Shown: positions 40,680 to 53,952, numbered from the stretch's first letter. The stretch: 64,000 nt of DNA from Mobula hypostoma (GCF_963921235.1 NC_086097.1:123382001-123446000), one strand, 5' to 3'. The notes: generated by a model not told the origin, from the sequence alone. Program-made: numbers and translations.

Positions 40680-41670
40680 TTATTTTAATAATCCTCTAAA
40701 ACCAGGCTCCAACTTAGCAAACTTCATAGTGGCCGAAAACACTAATGAGTTGTGATCAGTGTAACTTCTCAGTGATTTTCGCCCCGGACACAGATAACAA
40801 GGGTCGTCCCATACCAACTTAGCATTCTTTGGAAAGGGTTTAGTAAGAGGGTGGGTACTATCCGCAAGGGTGTTTTTTTTTCTGCAAAACTTCCGATAGT
40901 ACCCCACCATCTCCAAGAACCTTCTCAGGGCTCTCTTGTCTGACGGGGTGGGGACTTCAGAGATAGCCCGCACCTTAGCTTGCATCGGAGCCAGCTGCCC
41001 CTGTCCTACCACAAATCCCAGATCAGTGACCTTTGCGCGGCCGAACTCACTCTTTACGAGGATCACTGTCAGGCTGGCTTCAGACAGCCATTTAAACAGC
41101 TCCTCCCACGTGTTACTCCAGACCACTACATCGCCAATATACAATTCTGTGTTCTTTAGCTCGTTTGTCACTGAATTAATCATTCTATAGGGGTGTTGCT
41201 CACTAGGCTGACCTAATGTGGCAACAGCTCCATGTCCCAGCTCTTTGCATCATCTCGGGACATCCGGACCTATGTGGGCGTGCCGTTTAATTAGCTCTCT
41301 TAGCGGTTCGCTTTGTTCGGGGATTAAGGGAGAGAACTCAACAGCAAAGTTGGTCAACACAATAGAGTTCTCCCATCTGGTCAGCACTACACTTATCTTT
41401 TCAAAATGGGCTTTCCCCTTATCAGGTGGCACCCTAGCATCATTAATTTTCATGATATCACCAGCTAGATCTGTTTCCTGATCGTGGCGAGCTTTTAACA
41501 TGTTAATATCCTCCAACTGTGTTAACTCACGTCTGCAATAGTCAATAACATCCTTCCTCCTGTGCAGCCAGTAAAACTCTTTCATGATTCCACCAACTGT
41601 TTTCTCCCCCCAACATGTCCACCGAAGGGTATCTTGTGGGGCAGGTTAAGAATCTCATCCCCATAAATTT
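40680..41670 (-). pseudogene. Vestigial integrase, then RT/RNaseH fragments
   Basis: H..PFGGH.G...FYW...DVIDYCR (IN zinc-binding region), INMLK (IN C-terminus), LYIGDVVV (YIDD mutated), LRRFLEMVGYYRKF, YTDHN.L. Confidence 0.85.
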
Positions 41671-41676
41671 TTGGCA

Positions 41677-43664
41677 TCATCCCCCATTCCTCATCTGCGG
41701 GCACGGTACTTGTCTCCCTTTCTTCCTTAGCACTCCCTCCTCCACACAATAGCCTACTGGCTCCCTTTTTAAATCTGCTTCAGAAAGAGCTGTCCCCGCC
41801 AAAACCATCAGCTCCTCGTCTCGCTCCTGTGCCTGCACAAATTCCCTCCTTTCTAATGATAAATCTACCTTAATTTCCTCACTTCCTCCTGTTTCACTTT
41901 CTACCCCCTCCTGGTACAAGGCTGGTAGAAACGTCTCAGCTAGAGCTATTTCGGCAGTCTTCCTGGACATACGCCGAGTCACTGCGCAAACGGGATAACC
42001 CTGTGAGTCCATGGGCGGGAACTCAATGCGGGCAGGCGGGCCTGTCAATCTCACTGCTGGGTACACTTCCCCGCCGGCGAGGTCATTACCGAGCAAGATC
42101 TCCACGCCTCTCATTGGTAGTTCGAGCCTCACCCCTATCGTGACCGGTCCAGAGACCAAGTCGCTTTGTAGGTGTATCTGGTGCAAAGGCACTGCTTCAG
42201 TCCCTTGCCCAATGCCTTTGACCCTGACCTCCCCAGTCTGGGTCTCTGAACTAAACTCTAACACACTCTTTAATATCAATGACTGACACGCTCCAGTGTC
42301 TCTCCAGATCCGTACTGGAACTGGGTTTAACCCCTCCTTCACCGACACCAATCCGGTCGAGATAAACCTCTCACGCCCTTCCTGAACTTTGTTAGCCCTC
42401 TCCTCTCCTAGCGGTTTGCTTACCAGCTCAATACAGCCAGTCAGAAACACCGCCTTTCCCTTTCCCGTCTCCTTCTTTGGGGCAAAGCACCTGGACGCAA
42501 AGTGTCCGACTTTCCCACAATTGTAACATACGACCCCAGGAGACTTCCTACCAGACTGCTCCCAGTCTTCCTTATCCTTCTCACTAGTCCCCGGCTTACT
42601 TTCTGACTTTTCTGGCGGACTCTCCCCGCCGTCCCAAATACCCTTCTGGTAGCCTTTACTCGGGGCAAACTTCGTTTTATGTGTCAACGCGTACTCATCT
42701 GCTAACTTAGCAGTTCTGGCTAAAATGTCTGCCTCTTTCTCATCTAGGTAGGGTCTCATACCCTCAGGGACACAACCTTTAAACTGCTCAATCAGGATCA
42801 GCTGTAGCAGTCTGTCATAATCCCCATCTACCCCCTTCGAGGCGCACCAACGCTCACAATATGTCTGCATCTCACGGGCAAACTCTAAATACGTGCGGTT
42901 CCACTGCTTCCTCGCATTCCGGAACCTCTGCCGGTATGCCTCCAGGACCAACTCATAAATCCTGAGGATGGCCTCTTTCACCACTTCATACCTCTGGGCA
43001 TCTTCCGCGGACAAAGCCGAGTAAGCTTGTTGGACTTTTCCTTTAAGTACGCTCTGAAGCAAAACAGCCCACTTATCCCTCGGCCAGTCCTGACTTGCAG
43101 CAACTTTTTCGAAATGGAGAAAGTACCGATCCACGTCGGTATCGTCAAATGGGGGAACCAGCCTAACCTCCTGGGTTGCCCTGAACCCTCCACCTTGGTT
43201 CGGCATGGGCCCCTGCTCTGCCCTTATCTTTAACCTCTCCAGCTCGAATTCCCTTTCCCTCTGTTTCCATCTCGCTCCAACTGTTTGTCCCTCTCTTCCC
43301 GCTCCAACTGCCTCTCTCTCTTGCTGTTCTAACTGTCTCTCTCTCTCTTCTCGTTGTCATTCTAACTGTTTCTCTTCGTATTCTAGCTGTCATACCCGGA
43401 ACTCGTGCTCGAGTCTCAATTTTTCAAGCTGCACCTGTACTGCGTCTCCACCAGGTTTTCCAATAGATATCACCTCCAGCTCCCCTTGGGGAAACACACC
43501 TTTAGATACATAGTGCTCTACGATAGCTCTGTGTATCTCCTGTCTCCTCATTGTCGATTTCCCCTTAACAAGATTCAACCGTTTGGCCACACTGCCAATT
43601 CCACTTTCCTGGCATCCTCTAATGCCTCCAAGGTCGGCGCCTTTAGAAATTCCTCAATCTCCAT
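41677..43664 (-). pseudogene. gag-protease of the LTR element (frameshifted N-terminus; 509-aa open segment 43206-41677)
   Basis: SCAN/capsid-like region (YFLHFEKVA...WP...W...EAYRQRFR...LILIEQF), zinc knuckle CYNCGKVGHFASRC, protease RDTGA...ILLGNDL; likely original ATG at 43664. Confidence 0.88.
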
Positions 43665-43740
43665 TTCTGCTGTTTGCCTTTTCCTTCTTTCGGGAATTTT
43701 AACCCAATCAATTTATCCCGTCCCAAATTTAGGATTCAAA

Positions 43741-43759
43741 ATCGCAGACGAATACCCCA
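43741..43759 (-). other. Primer-binding site, degenerate tRNA-Pro type
   Basis: TGGGGTATTCGTCTGCGAT, 4 nt after the 5' LTR, compared with the canonical tRNA-Pro PBS TGGGGGCTCGTCCGGGAT. Confidence 0.6.
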
Positions 43760-43763
43760 CTTA

Positions 43764-44046
43764 GGTTATGTACCCCGTAACTGGGTTGCCAAACCAGCAG
43801 AAATGGACCACTTAGTTGGAGTCTGGATTACTGGAACTAAAGAAGTTTTATTAAAGAAATAAGCAACACAGTAATCAAAAGGATATAAATGCAACAGTTT
43901 AGCAATGATAAAACACACATGTACACAGAACTAGGATAATAGGATCAATCAAGCTCTATCGTAGTCTAGGGGTAAAATGATCAGTCATCAAGTGACACAG
44001 AGTTCAGTTCAATTCAGTTCGCAGTAATCGCCGTCGTGCCATTGGG

Positions 44047-44077
<31 letters not shown>

Positions 44078-44602
44078 TGAATATGCAAATCGGATTCCAC
44101 ACAGACCTTCGATATTCCTCGCAGTTAGCTTTCGGGCGAGCCCTTTGTAATGTCTTCTGAGGTCACCGACTGTGACCCCTCCGTTCCAGATACGATCGTT
44201 CTTCTGCGGTGAACCCGGCACCCAGGCAAGGGCGGACACACACACCAGGTTCCCGCCGACCCGCACCTTTCTACCCTATGCGTCTATGGCTGTTCCCGCG
44301 ACCAGACCTCAAAAACTCCCACCAACTTGTGGGGGGGCACACCGCTTTCAGGGTCTCGTTACCTCCTGGAGTCGTGTGTCTGTTGCCTTAGTGAACCTGT
44401 TCCTTTTTATCCCCCTGCTGGGGTATCGCCTGTCCATCAAACTTCAAACAGTTCAGGGTTCAAAGCCACCAGTCTCTGACAATACTCGGAACCGTGTCTC
44501 CTTTCGGTAATCTCCCTCGTCTCTCTCTTATTAGCACCTTGCATGTTCCCCCATTGTCCTCCTATTGGCATCAATCTTCTGATAACTGGTTCTTTTGTCA
44601 CA
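43764..44602 (-). repeat. 5' LTR
   Basis: Begins TGTGACA on the minus strand; terminal CA mutated to CC; followed by the PBS. Confidence 0.93.
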
Positions 44603-44659
44603 GAAAACACTGACAAAGTTGTACAAGTGATCACATAATTATCACACCCATGTTCAGAA

Positions 44660-45230
44660 TAAACATGTTGAAGTTGTCCAAGACGTTGGTGGCACCTAAT
44701 TTAGAGCATTGTGCCCAATTCTGATCATCTACCTACGGAAAGGAGATCAACGAGATTGAAAGAGTGCAGAGAAAATTTACAAGGATGTTGCCAGGACTTG
44801 AGGACCTGAGTTATAGGGAAAGGTTGAACAGGTTAGGACTTTATTCGCCAGAATCTAAAGAGAATGAGGGGAGATTTGACAGAGGTATACAAAATTATGA
44901 GAGGTATAGATAGGGTAAAGTGAAACAGTCCTTTTCCACTGAGGTTGGGTGAGAATAGAGCACGTCATGGGTTAAGGGTGAAAGGTGAAATGTTTAAGGG
45001 GTACATAAGTGGGAACTTCCTCACTCAGAAGGTGGTGAGAGTGTGGAACAAACTGCCAGCAGAAGTGGTGTATGCCAGTTCATTTTCAATATTTAAGAGA
45101 AATTTGGATAGGTACATGGATGGGAAGGGTATAGAGGCAAATAACCTGGGTGCAGGGCAACAGGGCAGGGCAGGTTAGTAATTCAGCATCGACTAGATGG
45201 GCCGAACAGCCTGTTTCTGATCTATGACTC
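44660..45230 (+). mobile_element. CR1 LINE 3' fragment
   Basis: VVRVWNKLPAEVV...FKRNLDRYM. Confidence 0.85.
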
Positions 45231-46519
45231 TGTACTGGAGTACGTACAATCACAATCATTTCAGAGGATCATTTCAGTCCTAGGTCCAGCATGCAAGTGC
45301 CACTACAAAGAAAGCAAGGCAGCACCCCTACTTTCTCAGAAGTTTACAAAAATTTGGCAAGTCATCTAAAACTCTGACAAACTTCTATAGATGTGCAGTG
45401 GAGAGGATATTTACTATTTGCATCATGGCCTAGAATTGAAAAGCCTACAAAAAATAGCAGGTACAGCCCAGTCCACCACAAGTAAAGCCGTCCCCACCAT
45501 TCAGCACATCTACACAGACCCCTATTACAGGAAAGCAGCATCAATCATCAAGGACCAACACTATCCCATGACATGCTTTCTTCTCAACCAACACCACAAG
45601 ATTTAGGAACGGTTATTACCCCTCAACCATCAGGCTCCTGAACCAGAGGGCATAACTTCACTCGCCCCATCACTGAACTGTTCCCACAACCAATGGACTG
45701 GACTCACTTTCTGGGACTCTTCATCTCATGTTCTTGATACTTACTGCTTATTTATTTATTATCATCAATTTTTTAAATTTTACTTGTTTCCTTATATTTT
45801 CTATGACTGCCCACAAGAAAAAGAATCTCAGGGTTGTAAATGGTGACATATGTACTTTGATGATAAATTTGTTCTGAGCTTTAAACTTTAATTCTTACAA
45901 TTCCGTCATGTATTTACATTTTTTTAAACTCAATTTGAAATCAACAAGCTATTGATCATATCTTTATGATTTTTAAATGTCTAATGAAGTGCAGTTGTGG
46001 GAGCTCTTTTCTCTATGTTACAGATTTTGATGTCATAGTAATGGACACAAAGATGAATGTATATAAAATACAATAATCAACCCAGATGAAAGTTCTAAGA
46101 AAATCACTATTTAAACTTCAGAATTACCACACACAGTTGAATTTCCTCAGTTAAACGGATTTTGTTTGGATGAAGACAAGCTGTTACTACATTTTGGGAT
46201 TACACTTCTATATTTCATCTGGCATCAGTGCAGGAAATGTGATCTCTCTGCTCTGTATGCACATAGAATTATGTCAGTACGCTAACAGAGGCTCTTGACA
46301 GTGACTCAGACAAGAGTGGAAATTTGCATAATCGTAGAGCAAGGTCTGGTATAGTTCAGTCACAGAGAGACAATCTTGACAACACTTTATTGCCATGTGA
46401 TTGCTGGCTTTTGCAAAGTGATTCAGCTCTTGTGGCCTGACTTTGGGTATTGTGCAATAATGAGGAATGTGGAAGTATCAGTATTGATATAAGATATAAA
46501 GTATTGAGATAAAATATAA

Positions 46520-48015
46520 GACCATAAGACAAAGCAGCAAAATTAGGCCATTCAGTCCATTAAGTCTGCTCTGTCATTCCATCATGGCTGGTTTTCTTTA
46601 TCCCTATCAACCCCATTCACCTGCCTTCTTTCCATAACCTTTGACACTATTACTAATGAAGAAACTACAAATCTCCAGTTTAAAAATACCCAATGACTTG
46701 GCCTCCACTGCTATCTGTGGCAACAAGTTCTACAGATTTACCACCCACTAACTAAAGAAATTCTTCTTCATCACTGTTCTAAAGGAATGGCTCTCTGTTA
46801 CAGGGGTTCCGAAACTTTTTTATGCCATGCACCCCTACCATTAACCAAGAGGTCTGTGGACCCTAGATTGGAAACCCCTGCTCTATTATGAGGCTGTGCA
46901 CTCTTGTCCTAGACTCCCCCACTATAAGAAACATCCTCTCCATATCCACTCTATCTAGGCATTCCAATATTCAATAGGTTTTAATGAGATCTCCCCTCAT
47001 TCTTCTAAACTCCAGCAAGTACAGGCCCAGAGTCACCAAACACTCCTCATGCATTAATCCAATCATTCCCAGACTCATTCTTATGAACCTCTTCTGAACT
47101 CTCTCCAATGCTGGCACATCTTTTCTAAGATAAAGGGGCCCAAAACTCCTCATAATATTCTAAGTGCAGTCTAATCATCAGTGCCTTATAAACCTCAGTG
47201 TTAAATCCTTGCTTTTATATTCTAGTCCTCTTAAACAAACGTTAAACATTGCATTCTTTACCATTGACTATTGAGAATCCTATACGAGGACTCCGGAGTC
47301 CCTTTGCACCTTTGATTTCTGAATTTGCTCCCTATTTAGAAAATAGTGTACACCTTTATTCCTTCTACCATAATGTATATTGATATGCCATCTGCCACTT
47401 ATTTGCCATTCTCCTCATCTGTCTAAATCACTCTTCAGACTCCCTGCTTCCTCAACACTATCTGCTTCTCAAACGATCTTTGTATCATCTGCAGACTTGG
47501 CCACAAAGCCATCAATTCTATCATCCAAATCACTGATCAATAATGTGAAAATACATAGTCCCAACACCGACCCATGCAGAATACCTTGATTCCCACTCTC
47601 TGCCTCCTGTCAGTCAGCCACTGTTTCATCCATGCTAGCATCTTTCCTATAATACCATGGGCTCTTATCTTGTTAAGTAGCCTCGTGTGCTGCACCTTGT
47701 CTAAAGCCTTCTAAAAATCCCAGTAAACAACATCCACTGATTCCCCTTTGTCTATCCTATCTGTCATTCCCTCAGATAATGCCAAAAGGTTTGTCAGGCG
47801 ACATTTCCCCTCAAGGAAACCATACTGACTTTGGCCTGTTTTAGCATGTGCCTCCAAGTACGCTGAAACTTCATCCTAAATAATGGACTGCAACATGTTC
47901 CCAACCACTGAATTCAAGATAACTGGTCTATAATATCCTTTCTTCTGCCTCCCTCCCTTCTTAAAGAATGGAGTGACATTTGCAATTTTCCAGTCCTCCT
48001 GAACCATTCCAGAAT
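46520..48015 (-). mobile_element. Decayed CR1 LINE
   Basis: LRKDV.ALERVQKRF...RRMRGDLIKTY plus upstream RT remnants. Confidence 0.88.
46801..46880. mobile_element. 80-bp hAT MITE nested in CR1 (one related end at about 48990-49030)
   Basis: CAGGGGTTCC...GGAAACCCCTG; 8-bp TSD CTCTGTTA/CTCTATTA. Confidence 0.85.
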
Positions 48016-48417
48016 CAGAGCTAATATTAATACAGGTATGTCCCTGTTATTTATTCACCTCCTCTTCAAAATTCAAAGGTCAAAGTAAATTTATTATCTA
48101 TGTATGTATGTGTCACTATATACCACCCTGAGCTTCACTTTCTTGCAGGTATTCACAGTAGAACAAAGAAATGCACTGGAATCAATGAAAACTACAAAGA
48201 CTTTCAAACAACCAATGTGTAAAAGACAAACTGTGCAAATACAAAAATTAATTAACTGGTTAACTGATGAATAGATAGATAAATAAATATATAAGTAATA
48301 CCGAGAACATGAGTTGTCGAGTCTTCCTTAGAGATGCAGTCCTATAACAGTAACAGGTCCTACAAGCATACACTGCCTAATCACACCCATGTGACCTTGA
48401 AAGCGAGTCCACAGATT

Positions 48418-48728
48418 TGTTGGCGCGTGGCCAAATGGTTAAGGCGTTCATCTAATGATCTGAAGGTTGCTAGTTCGAGCCTTGGCTGAGGCAGCGTGTT
48501 GTGTTCTAGAGTAAGGCACTTAACCACACATTGCTCTGCAACGACACCAATGCCAAGCTGTATGGGTCCTAATGCCCTTCCCTTGGACAACATCGGTGGC
48601 ATGGAGAGAGGAGACTTGCAGCATGGGCAACTGCTAGTCTTCCATACAACCTTGCCCTGGTCTGTGCCCTAGAAATCTTCCAAGGCGCAAATCCATGGTC
48701 TCACGAAACTAACGGATGCCTATATATA
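48418..48728 (+). mobile_element. CORE-type tRNA SINE (same family as 7898-8208; partial copy at 60224-60334)
   Basis: A/B boxes, CORE-like block, (TA)n tail. Confidence 0.88.
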
Positions 48729-49870
48729 AGGTGAGTTAAGTTATTCTTGTCAGACACCTTCTCCCTGAACTTATGTTTCTCAGATGAATCAAACCCCCAG
48801 CCCTTGCCCTCAGTCACCCTGGGCCCCTAGCCTCTATGCCAAATCCGCCCTGTGACCTCAGTGCTCTAACACACAAACATAAATAATTCATTCTTGTTAT
48901 GTTCCCTGCCCGAGAAAGCTGCGATTGATAAAAGAAAACCTATCCACGCTTGCAACCCCCTCCCTCAATGAGTAGCCTTCCTCTTGCTTAATAGTATTGG
49001 TCTATGGTATGAAAAAGGTTGGGAACCCCTGCCCTACAACCCCCAACACTGAGATCTTGGACTTCCTGCCCCCCCCCCATCCCATCAGCACTGGACACTG
49101 GTGCAGTGTGCAACAAGAACTGGGTGACCTGTTCAGTGGTACCTGACACACTGGGTCTATGATGCCCATGAAAGTCCCAACTCCACAACAGAAGACAGGC
49201 ACTGTCACGATGGTTTCTTGCCTCACCCCTTCCCCTCTTGCCACCGAGTGTTCAGATCAGGGTTTTGAGTAATCTGTCAATGTTTTGGGTCGAGACCCTT
49301 CACCAGTAATGGAGAGGAAGGGGAAGCCTTCATCTAGTTTCACATATCATTTCTCAGCTTGTAGTCCTTCCCCTCCCTCCACCTTTGAATTTCGGCTTCT
49401 TCCCCCTTTCTTTCCCGTCCCAATGAAGGAATATTGGCCCAAACTGTCAATTGCTTATATTCCTCTCCATGTTACTACCTGGACTGCTGAGTTCCTCCAG
49501 CATTGTGTGTGCGTTTGTCTGTGTGTGTCTGTTGCTCTGGATTTCCAACATCTACAGAATCTCTTGTGTTGATAAATAACTTATTAACTAAACAAACTAT
49601 ACAGTTATCCAACACATAATAGACATATTAGACCATTCCATCTGCATATTGGACCAAGGATTTAGGTACATCTCTTTCCACGACTGTATTCTGTGGTTGA
49701 CACCACTGTTATTTTGACAAGCTATCAACAAATATCACTCATAAAACTTCCTGAATATGACTCACATATCTGAACCATTCTTCAAGTAGTCCAGCTGTAT
49801 GCTGGACTGTGTAATGTGCAGGTCTAAAGCACAAAAGAGTATCAATAATATTATTATAGCTTTCACCTAC

Positions 49871-50070
49871 TCTCTTTCTTTCTGTAGGATTTTCTGTGAC
49901 TCATCCAGACGAAACTGCAGAGCCATTGTTTTAATGGAGTCATCCTCAAAAGGTTGCATTGTATCTTCCAGCAGATGCTTGGGTCTTTCAGAGCAGATGG
50001 TTGAAGTCTCCAGACTTTGTCCTCCTCCATCTTGTTTCTCTCTTAGTATATTGTCAATTATATCAATATC
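49871..50070 (-). CDS. ccdc102a: CCDC102-family coding exon 2 (200 nt)
   Basis: ttattttcag acceptor, then DIDIIDNIL...ALQFRLDESQKILQKER-GA, donor GTAGGT at 49870 (phase 2). Matches the CCDC102A motif LRLDESQKVLLKERE. Confidence 0.92.
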
Positions 50071-50172
50071 CTGAAAATAAGCCACATGGAAACTTTACAG
50101 CATTAACCATGGTTATAATAGAAATAACAGAGATAGCATTATTTTTTTAAAACTTCTCGTTTTACCGGAATA

Positions 50173-50709
50173 CACTCAGTGGCCACTTTATTAGGTACAG
50201 GGGTGGAACCAGGTATGGCCTTCTCAGCTGTAGTCCATCCACTTCAAGGTTCAATGTGTCACCCATTCAGAGATGCTCTTCTGCACACCACTATTGTAAC
50301 AAGTGGTTATTTAAGTTACTGTCACCTTCCCACAGGCTTGAACCCCAGTTTGGCCATTCACTTCTAACCTCTCTCATTAACAAGGCAATTTCACCCACAG
50401 ACAGCTAATGACTGGATTTTTTGTTTGTTTGCTTTTTGCACCATTCTCTGTAAACTTTAGAGACTTGTGCGTGAAAATCCCAAGAGGTCAGCAATTTCTG
50501 GAATACTCACACCAACAATCATTCCACAGTCAAAGTCAGCTAGATCACATTTCTTCCCCCATTCTGATGTTTGGTCTGAACAACAATTGAACCTCTTGAC
50601 CATGTCTGCAGGCTGTTATGCATTGAGTACCTGCCACACAATTGGCTGATTAGGTATTTACATTAACAAGCAGATGTACAGGTGTACCCAATAAAGTGGC
50701 CACTGAGTG
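50173..50709 (-). mobile_element. Tc1 MITE variant without the internal TIR
   Basis: TA|CACTCAGTGGCCACTTTATTAGGTACA ... TGTACCCAATAAAGTGGCCACTGAGTG|TA. Confidence 0.92.
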
Positions 50710-52229
50710 TATTTTCCAATTGTTAAAAATGGACTTCTCCAAAAATGTGTTACATCTTATTCCATTTGGAATCAAGAAAAACTATAGAAAGGGTACTAGC
50801 TGTGTCATACGTTGTCACATCTTTGAGAGATACTGCCAGTATTCCAGCCCCAGAAACGTGACTTTCAAAGGGCCATCGGGTTACGTAATAGCCCTTTGCC
50901 AATTAAGGTGTCAGTAAGGGAAACTGCTGAAAAGTATCTCACTGTTGCCTAATGTCCTTTGTGTTACAAACAGAAAACCTTACCCAAGTGAGCTTGTTCC
51001 CAAAGGGCCACCTATCTTGTCGGCTTTGGTAATTTGCACATAACTCAAAAAAAAACCTGTAGTATTTCTGGACACAAGAAATTCTGCAGATGCTGGAACC
51101 CCGAGTAACGCACAAAATGCTGGAGAAACTCAGCAGGTCAGGTAGCATCTACGGAGAGGAAAAAGTAGTCAACGTTTCCAAATGAAACACTGTACCTGGT
51201 ACGTCTGAACGTGGTATACGGTACCTCTGGGAAGCTCTCTTCAACATGACTACTTTGTTCACAGTAAACTCAGCCTTTGTCAGTTTAGTGATTTTATTGT
51301 TAGTCATCCAAGAATACCAATGAACAGATAGTATTACTCTATTAAATTAATTTTTTAAAATCAATTTTAAGGAATAATAGGATAAGTAGCCTTTTACTAA
51401 CAGGAAATCCAATTTATTTTTAAACACATGATATGTCGTTCTGATTAATTCTGACCAATGCCTCACTGTATGATACAGCTGCTAAAGAAAACAGTGCTTA
51501 ATATTTCTAATGACATTACATGGTCAAGCCTTTAGACTTATGCTCAGATCTTCTGGGATGTAGAACTGTCATTTTTCATGTAGTTTAACTTTTTTATGCT
51601 TGCTGCTAATTTTATACAATCACCTGTGCACAGCTAATTGTTCAGTGATTTTTCTAGTAATTACAAGCAGATGCTTCGGTATTTTTATAGAAACTTCTTA
51701 GCCATCAGTAGCAGGTGTCACACCACTGAAATCTGGCTGTTTTGTGGGTTAATTACTATCGCTGGAATTATTGTTATCTCCAGTCATAGTATGAGACAAC
51801 ACGACTACGTTTTCTTTTGCCTTTCTTTGGTCATTCTTTGCTTGTGTAAGACTTGATAAAATTGCTAGCAATAAGTTTTATGCCTCATTCTTGACTTCTG
51901 AAGAACCTCTGGATCACAAAGGCATCAGGATCCTACAGATCCGATGACAGAAAGAAACATTTTTTGAATCTAAATTCTAATTCTATGAAGATGCTACGAC
52001 TGCAACTACGGTGAGTAGTCGATGAAGTAACTTGATGTAGCAATACTAATATTTTTCTCTACACGTCCTCCATCAGAGAAACTGGATAGAAAGCATTCTC
52101 GTGCAGTAATAGTAATATTATTCTCCCCACATTAAATTACTCCATTAACGACTCACAATACTACTTCATTAAAAATGAAATCAGGTGAAGTGAAAAACCG
52201 CTGTTAAATTCAATGCAACACACACATTC

Positions 52230-52775
52230 TAGCATGTTGGTCCATGGACTCCTCTACTGCCACGATCAGGTCACCCTCAGGTTGGAAGAGCAACACCTTA
52301 TATTCTGTCTGGGTAGCCTCCAACCTGACAGCATGAACACTGATTTCTCTAACTTCCAGTAATTTTCCCCCTTCCCCTTCTCCGTTTTTTCATTCCCCCC
52401 TTTGGCTCCCCTCTTACCCTATCTTTTCTCCTCACCAGCCCGTCACTTCCCTTTGCTTCCCCTCCTCCTTCCCTTTCTCAAAGAGTCCACTCTCCTCTCC
52501 TATCAGATTCTTCAGCCCTTCCACTTCTCACCTCCCACCCCCCAGTTTCTCATGACACACCCCCTCCATCACCCACCCACCTTCCCCCTCACCCGGTTTC
52601 ACCTAATACCTTCCAGCTTGCACTCCTTCCCCTCCCCCCACATTCTTATTCTAGCTTCTGCCCCCTTCCGGTCCAGTCCTGATGAAGAGTCTTGGCCCAA
52701 AATGTCAACTGTTTATTCCCCTCCATGGATCGGATCTGACCTGCTGAGTTCCTCCAGCATTTTCTGTGCATAACA
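52230..52775 (+). mobile_element. Penelope-like fragment
   Basis: RLEEQHLIFCLGSLQPDSMN remnant; degenerate hammerhead at 52674-52711. Confidence 0.85.
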
Positions 52776-53952
52776 CACGGAATATTTGGGATCGACAGCA
52801 CAGAAACAGGTTATTCAGCCCAACTATTCCATGTTGGACCTTCTGTGCCAACTCACTCCTCCTCCCAACTTTCTTGGTCTAAATCTATCAGATTGACTCT
52901 CTCCCCCTCTTGTTCATAAGCTTTCTGAAATACATCTATATTATTCACTTCAACCAAATTCTTCACTATGGCTGGGAATTTTCAAGGAAATACTCTGGCC
53001 CTACCAGTACAATTCTGATAGAAGTTTTTAAATATGAAATTTTAACATTGTTTATCTTTCCACAGTTGCCACCTGGCATGCCGAGTGTTTCAAGCACCTT
53101 ATGTTTTTAGTTCAGGTTTCTAACACCTGCAGCATTTTAGTTATTTTCTAGCTCTATAATTGTCAGGTAATTTTTCTTTGGATTTTTACAATGTTCTTGA
53201 GGTAATTTAATACTTATCACTACTCCCTTCACTCAGATTTGTATACTCACAGCAGAATGGGGGCGGGGGGAGGGAAAAAAAGTGGTCCCTTGAAATTAGT
53301 AACTTATTGTTCTAATTTCAACACATACTCTACTGTCTGTATTACTGTATTGTATTCTTGGAATTACTGTTTATGCATTTTTCACACAATAAACAAAGCT
53401 TGTAGCACAGGGCGAGAAACAAAGATTATGAGCTGGATAAACATCTAAAACTGCAGCTTCGGTTAGAAGTGGGGCCTATGATTCAAGGATCAACTTTATT
53501 CTTCAATACATTTACAAGTATTGGGAATTTGCTGTGGTGTATCAGTCAGGCTGCGACATGCAAAAACAAAACAACAATATTCAACAATTATAATGAATGA
53601 AGAAGTACATACAGTCTAAATCTTAAACAAATAAAGTTAGAGGTTAAAGAATATGGAATAAAGTATGCATAGATCAATAAATACCAGCATGTATTTACAA
53701 TGTACGCAGTATTATGAAAAGTGGTTTCAAGTGTTTACAGAGCTGTGTGGTGCAGCGATGAGGCAATAGATACAGGGAGTGGGGGATCAGGGCTAACTAG
53801 AATGGTTGATCAAATTACCTGCCTAGGGAAGAAACTTTTAAGATGGCATTAAGTTTTTATTTTAATAGTGCTTTCCAGAAGGGAGCTTTTGGAAAAGGCA
53901 GTTTGCAGGGCGAGTAGTGTCCACAACGATTTTTCCCACCCGCTGCTTTGTG

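Larger units (their letters stand above)
39677..44602 (-). mobile_element. Internally deleted Gmr1-like Ty3/Gypsy LTR retrotransposon
   Basis: Two direct LTRs of about 835 bp, degenerate tRNA-Pro-like PBS, PPT GAAGGGTAGGGA, order gag(SCAN, CCHC)-PR-IN remnant-RT remnant-RNaseH remnant. Confidence 0.95.

Noticed and set aside
41677..43206. Domesticated SCAN/gag host gene
   Set aside because: Still flanked by both LTRs, PBS and PPT, and frameshifted in the N-terminal region; no sign of domestication from sequence alone.
48418..48490. tRNA gene
   Set aside because: The tRNA-like head continues into a CORE-like block and tail and recurs at 7898-8208 with a TSD, so it is a SINE.
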